Positions 25,704-35,053 of a DNA stretch of 44,164 nt are shown here, piece after piece. Position 1 is the first letter of the stretch; each line of letters opens with the position of its first letter. The position numbers and the translations under genes were made by a program. The notes beneath the pieces are model-generated. The model was not told where the DNA came from, did no database searches, and saw only the letters and a list, made by a program, of their open reading frames with translations. The stretch is from a virus (taxonomy: Duplodnaviria; Caudoviricetes): IMG/VR virus record IMGVR_UViG_3300017911_001227, positions 1 to 44,164 of that record; one strand, written 5' to 3'.

Positions 25704-27959
25704 TTAGTCTGTTAGTATTTCACTAAGTTCTTGATCTTTCTGCCTGCGCTTTGACAGGTTTCGGCCTTTATTAGCGGCCTTTGCAGCAGCGCGATTTTCG
25801 GCTTCGATCTCTTCCTGTTCAGCTACGAGCTGCTGGTTTATTCGGTTAGCTCCGTACAGTGCTTGGAAGCCTGCCGCTCGAAGCTGGAAGCTCTCGTCCT
25901 GATCTACAAAGGTAAGAACGTAAGCGTCTCTTTGAACGCCCGGCAGTTTGGACACTTGGACATTCCCCGGCTTGAGTAGCCGCTTTGTGCTATCCCCGCC
26001 GCTCTCTTCTATGGCCTTGGCCTGTGTAGTGATCCACGTATCCAATGCCTTAGCTGTAGTCTCACGGTCCATGTAAGTCTCACCGGCCACCTCAGGCAGC
26101 TCTACAAGACTGCCACGGACAGGCACGAAGCGTGCCTCTACAAAGTCCTCCACTGCTGCGTCTACCTCGTCTGGCTGTAAGCCTGTAAGAGTATGCATCA
26201 GTTCCGCTTGGACTTCCGGGCGGTCTAAGAACTCACCGAACTGCCCCGCACTGAACGAAGCTCGGCCTTTGCCCGCAAGGTTCTTCGGGGTGTACTGTTG
26301 ATTAAAGTTGCGAACTGTACGGTTAAACCCGTCAATGTTCTTTTTGGTTATCGGGTTGCTCTTGATTTCAGCAGCGTACCGGATCAGCTCATTAGCGCTC
26401 ATTCCGGGCCTAGTGCTACTAAGAGCTACCGCAGTGTTCCATACTGCACTGCCTTCACCTATGATGTCCTTACGGAGCGCAGGGTCTGCACCTACAAGAA
26501 TACCCAATAGGTTCTCTGCTTCCTCATCGGGTAGGTCCTCTAGCCCCTTCAGGTGGTCCGGGTGGAAGTTCCGCGCTACATCGTCAAAGGCGGCAGTTAC
26601 GAACCCCGGCACCTTGACGCCTGCGTTCCCTGCGTTGCTCAGGGCGGTTAGGGCTGCCGCAGGTTCCGTGTTAGCTACACCTTCACTAAACACGAAGTCG
26701 CGCATCATGTTCACTACGGAGCGCTTTACTTGTGATGCCGTCACGGACACCTTGCGGTCGTTACCGTTCCCATCCACGAACGATTTACTTAGCTCGGGTA
26801 GCATATCAGAGTCACCGTTCAGCACAGCCACGGCAGCGGTAGTTTTGAACTCCTGCTCCGCAGCTTGTATGTTAGCATTCAGCGCCGCTCTTTCTGCCTT
26901 CTCTCGTTCCCGGCGGTCCCGCGCCCTGATCTGGTTTTGCAGGCTATTCTGCTGCTCAGGGGATAGGACCTCGTAGGTAGGGTGGCTTTTGAGTTGCTCT
27001 ACGGTTAGACCTTGAGCTATCATTGCCCCTATCTCGGGGAGTTCCTTCATTAAGCGCTCAGTGCGTGCCTTATCCCTAGTGGCTCTTGCAGTGTTTAAGA
27101 GCATGGCTACACGTCCGGCCTCTTTGGACTTAGCAAGCGGCGGGGCGTCGCCTCTACTAGCGCTCGCTAGGGCTTCGGCTAACTCTACATTACCAGAGCG
27201 AGACAAGCTCTCTAGGGCTGTCATTTGTATACTGGTTAGTTGCTTCCCTGTAAGGTCGCTGTACGCCTCCATGCTCTTAAGGGTAGCTAGGGCCTTCTCG
27301 GGACCCATACCGTCCTCTAGGCTAGTCATGAAGTTACCCACTGCGCTTTCTACTACACGGTTCTCGTACTCAGCAGCGGCACGCGCCACGGTCTGTTGTG
27401 TTATTTGCGCCTGCGACCGGGACCACTCTTGATTGAACCCTGAGGCGAAGTGCGGGTCGGACTTGCCTTCAATTACCTGCTCTAGGTAAGCACCCACGGC
27501 CTCGTCGTCAGTGACGTCAATGCCCTGTTCTGCCATACCTTCCCACGCTTCTTGCGCACTGCGGCTACCCTCGTATTTCATAACAGCAGCGTAAGCGTAC
27601 GGGTTATCGGCCAGCTTAGCTGCGAACTCGGTTTCGCCTATAAAAGCTGCACGTTCGCTGCCGTTCATTGCGGCCAGCTTCATCTTAGCGGCGTCTGCTA
27701 GTTTCTGGCCCTCTTCTTTCAGTAAGGCATCCTGAGCTTTCTCAGCGTCCAGTGCTTGCTTCGCTGCTAATTTAGCTTCTGCGTCGTTCTTTTGTTTAAG
27801 GCCGTAGGCGTACTGACCCATCCCGCCTGAGAGTGAACCCAGAGCGTCAGCTAGTTGTGTTAGTGAGCCGCCCTGAGCAGCCTGCGGCCTTACATATGAG
27901 CCGCCAGTGAAGCCTCCAGACTGAACGCCGCTAGTGCGCATTATTCTTTGCCGTGGCAT
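25704..27959 (-). CDS. Internal virion protein (gp15 position)
   Basis: 751 aa, helical and Ala-rich; synteny. Confidence 0.75.
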   Translation of the reverse strand: MPRQRIMRTSGVQSGGFTGGSYVRPQAAQGGSLTQLADALGSLSGGMGQYAYGLKQKNDAEAKLAAKQALDAEKAQDALLKEEGQKLADAAKMKLAAMNGSERAAFIGETEFAAKLADNPYAYAAVMKYEGSRSAQEAWEGMAEQGIDVTDDEAVGAYLEQVIEGKSDPHFASGFNQEWSRSQAQITQQTVARAAAEYENRVVESAVGNFMTSLEDGMGPEKALATLKSMEAYSDLTGKQLTSIQMTALESLSRSGNVELAEALASASRGDAPPLAKSKEAGRVAMLLNTARATRDKARTERLMKELPEIGAMIAQGLTVEQLKSHPTYEVLSPEQQNSLQNQIRARDRREREKAERAALNANIQAAEQEFKTTAAVAVLNGDSDMLPELSKSFVDGNGNDRKVSVTASQVKRSVVNMMRDFVFSEGVANTEPAAALTALSNAGNAGVKVPGFVTAAFDDVARNFHPDHLKGLEDLPDEEAENLLGILVGADPALRKDIIGEGSAVWNTAVALSSTRPGMSANELIRYAAEIKSNPITKKNIDGFNRTVRNFNQQYTPKNLAGKGRASFSAGQFGEFLDRPEVQAELMHTLTGLQPDEVDAAVEDFVEARFVPVRGSLVELPEVAGETYMDRETTAKALDTWITTQAKAIEESGGDSTKRLLKPGNVQVSKLPGVQRDAYVLTFVDQDESFQLRAAGFQALYGANRINQQLVAEQEEIEAENRAAAKAANKGRNLSKRRQKDQELSEILTD

Positions 27960-27961
27960 TG

Positions 27962-28501
27962 TTAATCCTTCGTGTCTTGATACATGCGATAGCCACTCAC
28001 GGCGGCTTGGCCCAGTTGCGCCCCTAGAGCTAACAGGCTAGGCTTGCGCCCGGGCCGGGTGGATTGCATCCTACTGATCATGGTGTTCCTAGCGCCCCTA
28101 GTGGCCGTCCTGTTCCTCTCCATGTCTAACTCAGCGTTACGGTTTAGGGTGGCTACAGTGCTGCCCTCTTCGAACCCTATGTCCTGCAACAGAGCCGCCG
28201 CTGTGACGCCGCCTAGCCCTCGCTCCCCTGCGGACACACGCGAACTGGCCCGTGCGGCTAAGCCCTGCCTAGCAGCGTCTACACGCTCCATAGTCGTGTT
28301 CTCTTGCCGGGCCATAGTGTCTAGGTTTATGGCCTCAATGTCGTCCCTGAACGCTTGCAGAGAGTTTATCTTGTTCTGGTTATGTTGAGCTGTCTGAGCC
28401 GCAGCGAGTTGCGCTTGGCCCATATGACTTACCACGGCAGAAGTGGCCTTCGTAACAGCAGCAGCCACAGCAATTTCAGTTGCACCCGGCACGTAGCACA
28501 T
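27962..28501 (-). CDS. Internal virion protein (gp14-like)
   Basis: Starts MC, Ala/Gln-rich, contains VSAGERGLGG; synteny. Confidence 0.8.
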   Translation of the reverse strand: MCYVPGATEIAVAAAVTKATSAVVSHMGQAQLAAAQTAQHNQNKINSLQAFRDDIEAINLDTMARQENTTMERVDAARQGLAARASSRVSAGERGLGGVTAAALLQDIGFEEGSTVATLNRNAELDMERNRTATRGARNTMISRMQSTRPGRKPSLLALGAQLGQAAVSGYRMYQDTKD

Positions 28502-28965
28502 CAGCGGGCTCCCTTCATGTTATAAGTGAATTTCCGAAAGAGAGCATTGAATGGCCCTCTAGTTTCTGCCTTGTCGCTCAATGTAGCGCCTAAGGACTTT
28601 ATATATTTCTTGTGTAACTCGTTAGTATCGAGCACGTAGTTACTAAGCTCCCCGCGCTCCTGATACCACTCAGGGAATAGGACATTCCCGATCCGACGCA
28701 TGGCCATTCCGACTTGGACGCCCTCGATTGCCGAAGTGCCAAGGAACCACGGGTGTCTCTTATAACACCCAAAGATAGCCGCAGGTTTGCCGTCCACTAC
28801 ACCACACCGTAGACCCTCTATGTTGTAGAGTTCCTTAGCGAAGGTAATGGACGGATGCCGCCCTGTACTCATGACGTACTCTTCGAAGTCCGCCTCTCTT
28901 AGATTATCGCCCACATATACTAGGTCGGTAACCAGAGCAGAGCGAACTTCGATTTGTTTAGACAC
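28501..28965 (-). CDS. gp13-like protein (acetyltransferase-like fold)
   Basis: NLREADFEE, PWFLGT, NYV..N..HKKYIKSLGA; synteny. Confidence 0.75.
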   Translation of the reverse strand: MSKQIEVRSALVTDLVYVGDNLREADFEEYVMSTGRHPSITFAKELYNIEGLRCGVVDGKPAAIFGCYKRHPWFLGTSAIEGVQVGMAMRRIGNVLFPEWYQERGELSNYVLDTNELHKKYIKSLGATLSDKAETRGPFNALFRKFTYNMKGAR

Positions 28966-31318
28966 GTTGCGATTTACTTTCTACGACGCCTCTCCACGAT
29001 GCCGACAATATACGGCACGGGAACGGGCTATCATTGCTTAGTGTTAGTCCCCAGTACAGGTTTTTGGTGGGGGTTTTTATGCGAAACGCCCCATCATCTA
29101 GGGGCTTATAGTCAGTAGCATCCGAGCCTAGTATCTGCCCGGAGAATACCTTAGTGTACCCTGTACGGTACGTAGGGTTGAATGTAAGGTTGAAGTACCC
29201 AGTCTCTGCGTAATCCACGGAGAAGTCTCGGACCTTAAGGATAGCCTGCGTGTTTGCCACTAGGCCGTTCTGAGAGTTCTGCATGTAGTACGGCCTGCTG
29301 AAGCTCACAAGCTGCTCGTATTGTAACCCGAAGGCCACATTATGGCCGCTAGTGTTACCTGATAGTCTCACGGTAGTCCCCGAGACGCTCTCAGGTGTGT
29401 AGCCAATCCCCGGGGCGTGTACACCTACGTTAGATAGCGAATAAGCCTTGACTGTAGCGTCGGGCTCATACGGTAGAGTGTACTCGGTCCTATTGTTTAT
29501 AGCATCGTAAATGCCTGTAAGTCCGGACACTCTGTGATCGAGACAAGTGTAGTACTCTAGGCCTACGTCTGTAAGGTCCGGGCGTAGCCTTATGCGCTCA
29601 AGGTGGAACCCGTCGCTACGCTCAGTGACAATGTAAGCCACGTTCTCGAAGAACTCTGCGAAGTGCAAGTTGTTGCCTGAGTGGAACTCCCACAGGCCCC
29701 ATGAGCTTTGCAGTTGATCTGCCCCGGAGAAGTAGTACTCGTACACGTACACTTTGTTAGGCGTATCCGTGGATAGAGCCAGTATAATGTTTTCCAGAGT
29801 AGTCCCAGACATGGACACTAGGTTAGACGGGAGGTAAGTAGGGACATGTCCTGTTACTTCCTGTGCATCCTCAGTTTGCGCTGCGTTGTCCACGTAGAAC
29901 TGACGGACACCAGAAGCGCCGTCCCTGTCGAAGGCGAAGTACACGTACCTACCTTGGCTTGTAGGTCTGCAATTAGGCGCACACGCGAACGAAGTCACAG
30001 GGTCCACTTCAGCCTCGAATGGCGTTAAGTACCCCTTGCTCGTCATGATGAACTGAGCGTTGTCAGAAAACAGCACCAGTTTTTTATCGAAGGCTACAGC
30101 GTGCCTCAGGATTGACACGGGGGAGTTCTCCCCGGAAGCATCAGAAGCCGGAGTATCTATAGGGTCATCGTCCAGAAGCTGCGTAGCTGTAGTCCTAAAG
30201 AAGTTGAAGTAGTCACCGGCTTTAGACAGTACCACGTTCTCGTCTGCAAGGAACCCTAGCCTGTTCCTAAAGTAGAACATTCCGTTTAGCTTGAAGTCCA
30301 CGAAAGAAGGGAACGGGCAGCTATCGTCATCACCGGCCTGCCTATCCACCCACGGTATCTCTTCGAGTGTAAAGGTGTTGTCCGGTTGTCTGATCAGCGC
30401 TACGGGCATAGTAGTAGCATCGAGCTGGTAAGTTATACCGGGCTTGGCTACCTCTTCCCATACACCTTCAGCGGTATACGACACATAGTAATCATCGAAT
30501 GCCGAAGTGTTGTCCCCCGCTACCCTGAGGACCACGCCTTCCTTGGCTTTCTCAGGTAGATCAGAGAAGCGCTGAGTAGAGTCCTTGAACGCTTTCATGG
30601 CTTGGTTGCCCTGATCGTCTTCTACGGATAGCGTGAAGTCTACAGAGTGTTGAATGTAGATCACTGAGCCTATAAGCTCCACAGTATCGAGATGTGCAGT
30701 AAGCTGCGACTGCAACTGTGCGGCTATGTTAGTCGTCCGGATACTGTCCGTGTGCGAGCTATCAGAACCGTCCTGTGTAGTGTACGTCGCTGTCCTAGCC
30801 CCGGAGCCATCCTTAAAGGTGACTGTGAGCGTATAAGTCCTATCGTAGTTAGACGCTCGGACAAACACAATGCCTTCAGGGTCGCGTGTAGGCGTAAGGG
30901 CAGGGAGTTTCTCTACGGTCACCGAGCGATTGACTATGTAAGTATAGTCCGCAACGGTTAGCGTGGTTATGTCGCTCTTAGGTGTGGCAGTACTCAGGTA
31001 GTTAGACCCTACAGTAGTGTTGTCCGTAACTGTCTGCTCTGTCCCTGTGAACACATCGAATACACGGGCAGTGCCGTTCTCAACCATACCTACGAAGCGG
31101 TTCTGGCTGTCCCTGTCCACCTTAAAGAAGACTGGCGGGGTCGTTAGGCTACCTGAGATGATCTTACGGACATGCTCAGAGGGTGGCCTCTTAGATAACC
31201 CTCGCACAGGGTCAGCAATGCAGTTAACTTGTGCGTCCACTTGGTTTAGATAGCGGGACTGAGGGGGCTGTTGCGAGACGCCACCGTGAACATTAGGTAA
31301 CGGTTGGTCTACTAGCAT
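28958..31318 (-). CDS. Tail tubular protein B / nozzle (gp12)
   Basis: GGVSQQP, GLSKRPP, PFPSFV, FRNRLGFLADENVVLS and DDDPID. Confidence 0.95.
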   Translation of the reverse strand: MLVDQPLPNVHGGVSQQPPQSRYLNQVDAQVNCIADPVRGLSKRPPSEHVRKIISGSLTTPPVFFKVDRDSQNRFVGMVENGTARVFDVFTGTEQTVTDNTTVGSNYLSTATPKSDITTLTVADYTYIVNRSVTVEKLPALTPTRDPEGIVFVRASNYDRTYTLTVTFKDGSGARTATYTTQDGSDSSHTDSIRTTNIAAQLQSQLTAHLDTVELIGSVIYIQHSVDFTLSVEDDQGNQAMKAFKDSTQRFSDLPEKAKEGVVLRVAGDNTSAFDDYYVSYTAEGVWEEVAKPGITYQLDATTMPVALIRQPDNTFTLEEIPWVDRQAGDDDSCPFPSFVDFKLNGMFYFRNRLGFLADENVVLSKAGDYFNFFRTTATQLLDDDPIDTPASDASGENSPVSILRHAVAFDKKLVLFSDNAQFIMTSKGYLTPFEAEVDPVTSFACAPNCRPTSQGRYVYFAFDRDGASGVRQFYVDNAAQTEDAQEVTGHVPTYLPSNLVSMSGTTLENIILALSTDTPNKVYVYEYYFSGADQLQSSWGLWEFHSGNNLHFAEFFENVAYIVTERSDGFHLERIRLRPDLTDVGLEYYTCLDHRVSGLTGIYDAINNRTEYTLPYEPDATVKAYSLSNVGVHAPGIGYTPESVSGTTVRLSGNTSGHNVAFGLQYEQLVSFSRPYYMQNSQNGLVANTQAILKVRDFSVDYAETGYFNLTFNPTYRTGYTKVFSGQILGSDATDYKPLDDGAFRIKTPTKNLYWGLTLSNDSPFPCRILSASWRGVVESKSQRV

Positions 31319-31908
31319 TACAGGGGCCTCCTGATAGAAATCCTTTGGCCAGTATAGGTACGCGCAAAGCCTCTAGGGCGCGCCCTAAGGTCAGCCTGCT
31401 TCATCACTGCACGTGCTCGTATCTCGTCTTCTTCGGTGTAAGCGTCCTGCGCGCCTGAGCCTGTGGATTGTGTCTGGTACTTCCTCGCAGCTACGATAGT
31501 AACGTAATCGCGCATTGCTGAAGGCATCTCGGAGAACTCTAGCATCTGGCAGATGTTCAGGTATACTGGCGCGTCGAAAGTGTAAGTGTTACCCTCAAGG
31601 TCGTACAGCTTGCGGCCCCTCTCTACTAACGATAGGCTCTGCGAGATGTACGTGGGGCGAACCCATAGGGTGTCTGCTGGAAGGATAATGTCGCCGTTTA
31701 TATCTGGCGTGAACTTCCGCTCGTAATCTGTGTTATAAGCCCAGCCTTTGGACTGGTGCTCTCTAGTGGCGTGGGTGAGGCGAGCATAAGCGTCTGAGGC
31801 CTCACTGAACCCGCTCTCGTCTAGTGACGCTACAGGTGCTTCGCCGTCGTTTCTGAGTATCTCGTTGACAGCCTCTAGCTCGGTCAACGGGGTTGTGGTC
31901 ATCGGCAT
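31318..31908 (-). CDS. Tail tubular protein A / gatekeeper (gp11)
   Basis: TELEAVNEIL..GEAPV, QSKGWAYNT and LYD. Confidence 0.93.
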   Translation of the reverse strand: MPMTTTPLTELEAVNEILRNDGEAPVASLDESGFSEASDAYARLTHATREHQSKGWAYNTDYERKFTPDINGDIILPADTLWVRPTYISQSLSLVERGRKLYDLEGNTYTFDAPVYLNICQMLEFSEMPSAMRDYVTIVAARKYQTQSTGSGAQDAYTEEDEIRARAVMKQADLRARPRGFARTYTGQRISIRRPL

Positions 31909-31931
31909 TGAAGCCCTCTCCCTTGGTTTCT

Positions 31932-31966
31932 AAAAAAAAGGGGAACCGCCCGAAAGCAGTCCCCCT
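31932..31966 (-). terminator. Terminator after major capsid gene (T-phi equivalent)
   Basis: AGGGGGACTGC-TTTCGG-GCGGTTCCCC followed by T8. Confidence 0.85.
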
Positions 31967-31989
31967 GTTAAGGTGTTAAGTTTGTACTA

Positions 31990-32805
31990 TTATACCGGAT
32001 CGGCTGTACGTGTTACAGCGGCACACTCAGGACGCAGAACGCCGTGACCCACCAGCATACGTGTGGTGATCAGGGTAGCGTTGTGAGTGACGATGTAATC
32101 GTTACCAGTCATTCCTACAGAAAGGTCACGCATCTTGAGAGTACCAACGGCGCTCTCGTGCATGGCCAGACCGACAACATTACGAGCGTCAACATTGTAC
32201 TTGTTCTCGTAAGTGCCTGTGACGTTAGTAGTCGGCAGGTTGTTAGTCTTGATCAGGTTGAACCCGTGCAGAGTAGGAACTGAGAGACGCTGAATAACAC
32301 CAGCAGCGCCGTAGTCAGCGTTGATAGTCTCAGGATCAGCGGCCAGCAGGTTATACTGAGCGGGCTTCAGGAAGTAGTTACGTCCTGCCTCGGAGACGTC
32401 CTTCTCGTCGAAGTTCGTAGCGATAGCAACCAGAGAAGCCTTAAGGGCGGCTGCGGAAGTATCAGTAGTGGCGCGGTCGTCAATGAAGCCTACAGTCTTA
32501 GCCTCGTAGATGTCTCCGCTACCATTGAACCGAGATGTAGTTTCCAGAGCAGCCTGAACACCAACGCGGGCAACGTTCATATCGTAGAACCGAGCGATAG
32601 CCCGACCGTCTTCGCGGGTCAGAGGCTGGCGGAACTCGAAGTGAGACATGGCTTCGTCGATAACGGCGATAGATGTAGCAGCTTCGACAAAGGCGTCGAT
32701 AGTCAGGACGACTTCTGTGAGGTTAGCAGTTTCACCTACGGACATAACGCCGGGTGTGCGGTAAGCGGCAGTCTTGCCACCTACAGCAGGGAATTGAGCA
32801 GATTT
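31990..32805 (-). CDS. Major capsid protein (gp10), exon 2
   Basis: Begins KSAQFP; contains LTIDA and GHGVLRPECA. Joins in frame to exon 1 for a 325-aa spliced product. Confidence 0.92.
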   Translation of the reverse strand, partial: KSAQFPAVGGKTAAYRTPGVMSVGETANLTEVVLTIDAFVEAATSIAVIDEAMSHFEFRQPLTREDGRAIARFYDMNVARVGVQAALETTSRFNGSGDIYEAKTVGFIDDRATTDTSAAALKASLVAIATNFDEKDVSEAGRNYFLKPAQYNLLAADPETINADYGAAGVIQRLSVPTLHGFNLIKTNNLPTTNVTGTYENKYNVDARNVVGLAMHESAVGTLKMRDLSVGMTGNDYIVTHNATLITTRMLVGHGVLRPECAAVTRTADPV

Positions 32806-33411
32806 CAGGGGTTGTTCAAACAAGGGTGCAAGCCTTGTCCCGCCCACTAAGTGGGGCAGCTACATGTTGCCATGTAGATCAGACTATATCTTCACTAGAG
32901 TGTTTTTGCAGATAGTGTATAGCACTTTGTAACCGTACCGGGTCGTCCTTCATAAGGCCCAACGCGGTGTTGCAGTTAGTACAGAGTAAGCCCCTGACCT
33001 TGCCTGTTTTATGGCAATGGTCTACAGCGAACTTTCTGAACCTCGAGCTTTCAAGTTTGGTCCTGCAAATAGAGCAGCCATGGCCTTGCGCTTTCAGAGT
33101 TTTGTGGTAGAAGGTAAAATCTACACCTAGTCTTGCAATGAGTTTCTTCTCTTGCCAGCAGGTTTTGCAATCTGTACGGAATGTTCCGGACTCAGATCGC
33201 CAGTAAAAGTGCTTTTTGTCGAGGGGTTTTTCAATCCCACACGTCTTACAAACTCTAGTGTCCGGTGTTTCAGAACACATGAGCTTTGTCCTTACGGGCG
33301 TTTTCCGCCCTAGTCGTTGAACCTACCTCCTGTTAAGTGAGGCAGGCTGCTGATTGTCTCAGAGAGAGTTTCCAGCAATTAACCAGATTTTACTCGGGCA
33401 AATCTTTAGCT
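32806..33411 (-). mobile_element. Group I self-splicing intron (606 nt) in the major capsid gene
   Basis: 5' exon ends in U and the intron ends in G. P1: exon UCGGGU pairs with IGS GCCCGA. P10: AGAUUU pairs with exon 2 AAAUCU. Core elements P AAUUGCUGGAAA, Q AAUCAGCAG, R GUUCAACGACUA, S AAGAUAUAGUC (P7 GACUA/UAGUC). Confidence 0.93.
32879..33280 (-). CDS. Intron-encoded homing endonuclease, EndoVII (His-Me finger) family
   Basis: CKTC..CKTC zinc finger, then CSIC...VDHCHKTGKVRGLLCTNCNTALG; lies between R and S, and its stop overlaps S. Confidence 0.9.
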   Translation of the reverse strand: MCSETPDTRVCKTCGIEKPLDKKHFYWRSESGTFRTDCKTCWQEKKLIARLGVDFTFYHKTLKAQGHGCSICRTKLESSRFRKFAVDHCHKTGKVRGLLCTNCNTALGLMKDDPVRLQSAIHYLQKHSSEDIV

Positions 33412-33573
33412 ACCCGAAGTGAGAGTTCGTACAGTGTGGCGGTCGCCAAATACGTTGCTCTCTTCAAAGGCGGTCATAACTTCTCCGCCATAAGTTTTGA
33501 GGAACAGGGCGCGTTCATCTACACCCTGAAGGTTCTCACCCGCACGGGCAAGAGTAAAGTTTGGTGCGGCCAT
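33412..33573 (-). CDS. Major capsid protein (gp10), exon 1; not in the ORF track
   Basis: SD AAGGAG; MAAPNFTLARAGENLQGVDERALFLKTYGGEVMTAFEESNVFGDRHTVRTLTSG matches the T7 gp10 ALFLK.F.GEV.TAF...R.I.SG motif. Confidence 0.92.
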
Positions 33574-33745
33574 TTCGGCTACTCCTTTGTGTTTAATTAG
33601 AGGTGGGTGCTTAACGAGAACAGTACCTGCGGTATCACTAAGGCGATGCCCCTCAGGACTTCAGCGAGCATAAGTATTTACACACGGGGTATTGAATAGT
33701 TAGAGCATTCGCGGCCCGCTAGGGAGCGGCGGCGCTATAGCCTCT

Positions 33746-33784
33746 AAAAAGACCGCCTCTGTGGGGATTACCCAAGAGACGGCC
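33746..33784 (-). terminator. Probable terminator upstream of the capsid leader
   Basis: GGCCGTCTCTTGGG-TAAT-CCCCACAGAGGCGGTC followed by TTTTT. Confidence 0.6.
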
Positions 33785-33840
33785 TTCACACACACACACG
33801 TAAAGAGAAACGTGTGATAATATAATTCTAAATAGAAAGC

Positions 33841-34254
33841 CTACTGTGTCAAGGTTGCTTTGTTGCTATCAGCAGGCTTGCTGAGTTTCTGAATGAAAGG
33901 CTTGGCGATAGCCTTGTAGCCGAATGAGGCCCCAATGGCAGTCGCTAAGAAAGCCTTATAGTAATCTGGCATCTGATCTAGGTGAGCAAAGCCATCGGAA
34001 ATATACGGCTGGAGTTCAGGGATGAATGCGCCCACCAGAGGGACACTCAGAAGCAGGACGAACCACTCGTCTTTCCACGAGCCCTTAGCGCCTTCCTGAG
34101 CCACTACGTCCCACTTCTGCTCTGCTTGTTGTGCAGAGCGGATATGGTCAATCCTCGCCTGCGTCTCGGCCTCTTTGATCTTCCGCTTACTGGCGAGGTT
34201 ATCTGCAAAGATACCTACAACATCACGTATGATACCGCCCACAAGATTGATCAT
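33841..34254 (-). CDS. Membrane protein, putative holin (3TM-type)
   Basis: SWKDEW followed by a hydrophobic segment; second segment AIGASFG. Confidence 0.6.
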   Translation of the reverse strand: MINLVGGIIRDVVGIFADNLASKRKIKEAETQARIDHIRSAQQAEQKWDVVAQEGAKGSWKDEWFVLLLSVPLVGAFIPELQPYISDGFAHLDQMPDYYKAFLATAIGASFGYKAIAKPFIQKLSKPADSNKATLTQ

Positions 34255-34255
34255 G

Positions 34256-35026
34256 TTAGAACTCCGAGACTGCTAGGCGGCGCTGGACTTGTGCCACGAA
34301 AGCTGCGTCCTTGCGGTACTCAGGCTTGCGCATATCCGCCATCATTTCAGTTTTACTAGCGTAAGGCTGTACACCACCGCCGTTAGTAGGTGCGGACTGA
34401 GAAGAGACGTAGTTAGGCTCTGTGGACATTCTGGCCCGGATACCCGGGATCAACATAGAGACGCCTACAGTATCTCCCTCGAAGATAGCAGCATCCACCG
34501 CAGAGTTGAAAGCTGCCTGTTCTGCCTCTGTGAGGTTCTTACTACCATAAGCCACCATAGCCTCGTACTGCTCCTGCCCACCAGCGATTTCGATAAGGGC
34601 GTTACCGCGCTGAGTTTGCAGGGCCTCTACGCCTAGCATGAACATATCTACAGTGTCCCTGTCCAAGCCTCGCTCGGCCAATTCCTTGTAGCTGTCTTCC
34701 GAAAGCTCACCACCTTCGTAGTATTCAGTAGCGTACTTAGAGACATTAACAGGTTCTACTTCACCTCCCTCCGTGGTTTCAGTCTCGGCTTCCGATACAT
34801 CCTCTGTTGTGGCGGCTTCTTCGCTCTCCTCTTCCTGTCCCATTTTGGTAGGCTTATTAGGGGTTTCCTGTTCAACGGATGTCTCCGGAGGGGTTTCGGT
34901 TGGTTTCTCGGCTGCAGGCTCTTGAGTGGTCCCACTGGAGGTGGTGGGCTCTACGCTTATTGTTTGGCCCTGCGTGTCACTCAAAATATCCATAGACGGA
35001 CCAACCGATATGGCTTCTGTGCTCAT
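34256..35026 (-). CDS. Capsid scaffolding protein (gp9)
   Basis: Acidic; GELSEDSYKEL, AGGQEQY and MRKPEYRKDAAF.AQVQRRL. Confidence 0.92.
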   Translation of the reverse strand: MSTEAISVGPSMDILSDTQGQTISVEPTTSSGTTQEPAAEKPTETPPETSVEQETPNKPTKMGQEEESEEAATTEDVSEAETETTEGGEVEPVNVSKYATEYYEGGELSEDSYKELAERGLDRDTVDMFMLGVEALQTQRGNALIEIAGGQEQYEAMVAYGSKNLTEAEQAAFNSAVDAAIFEGDTVGVSMLIPGIRARMSTEPNYVSSQSAPTNGGGVQPYASKTEMMADMRKPEYRKDAAFVAQVQRRLAVSEF

Positions 35027-35053
35027 ACTCTGTATTCCTGTTATTGTTACTGT

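Noticed and set aside
31990-32847. ORF-track capsid start at 32847 (MGGTRL...)
   Set aside because: The first 14 codons are intron sequence; the true N-terminus is exon 1 at 33573.
33787-33799. (CA)n microsatellite as a phase-variation switch
   Set aside because: It is short and intergenic, forms part of a hairpin, and a single sequence shows no length variation.
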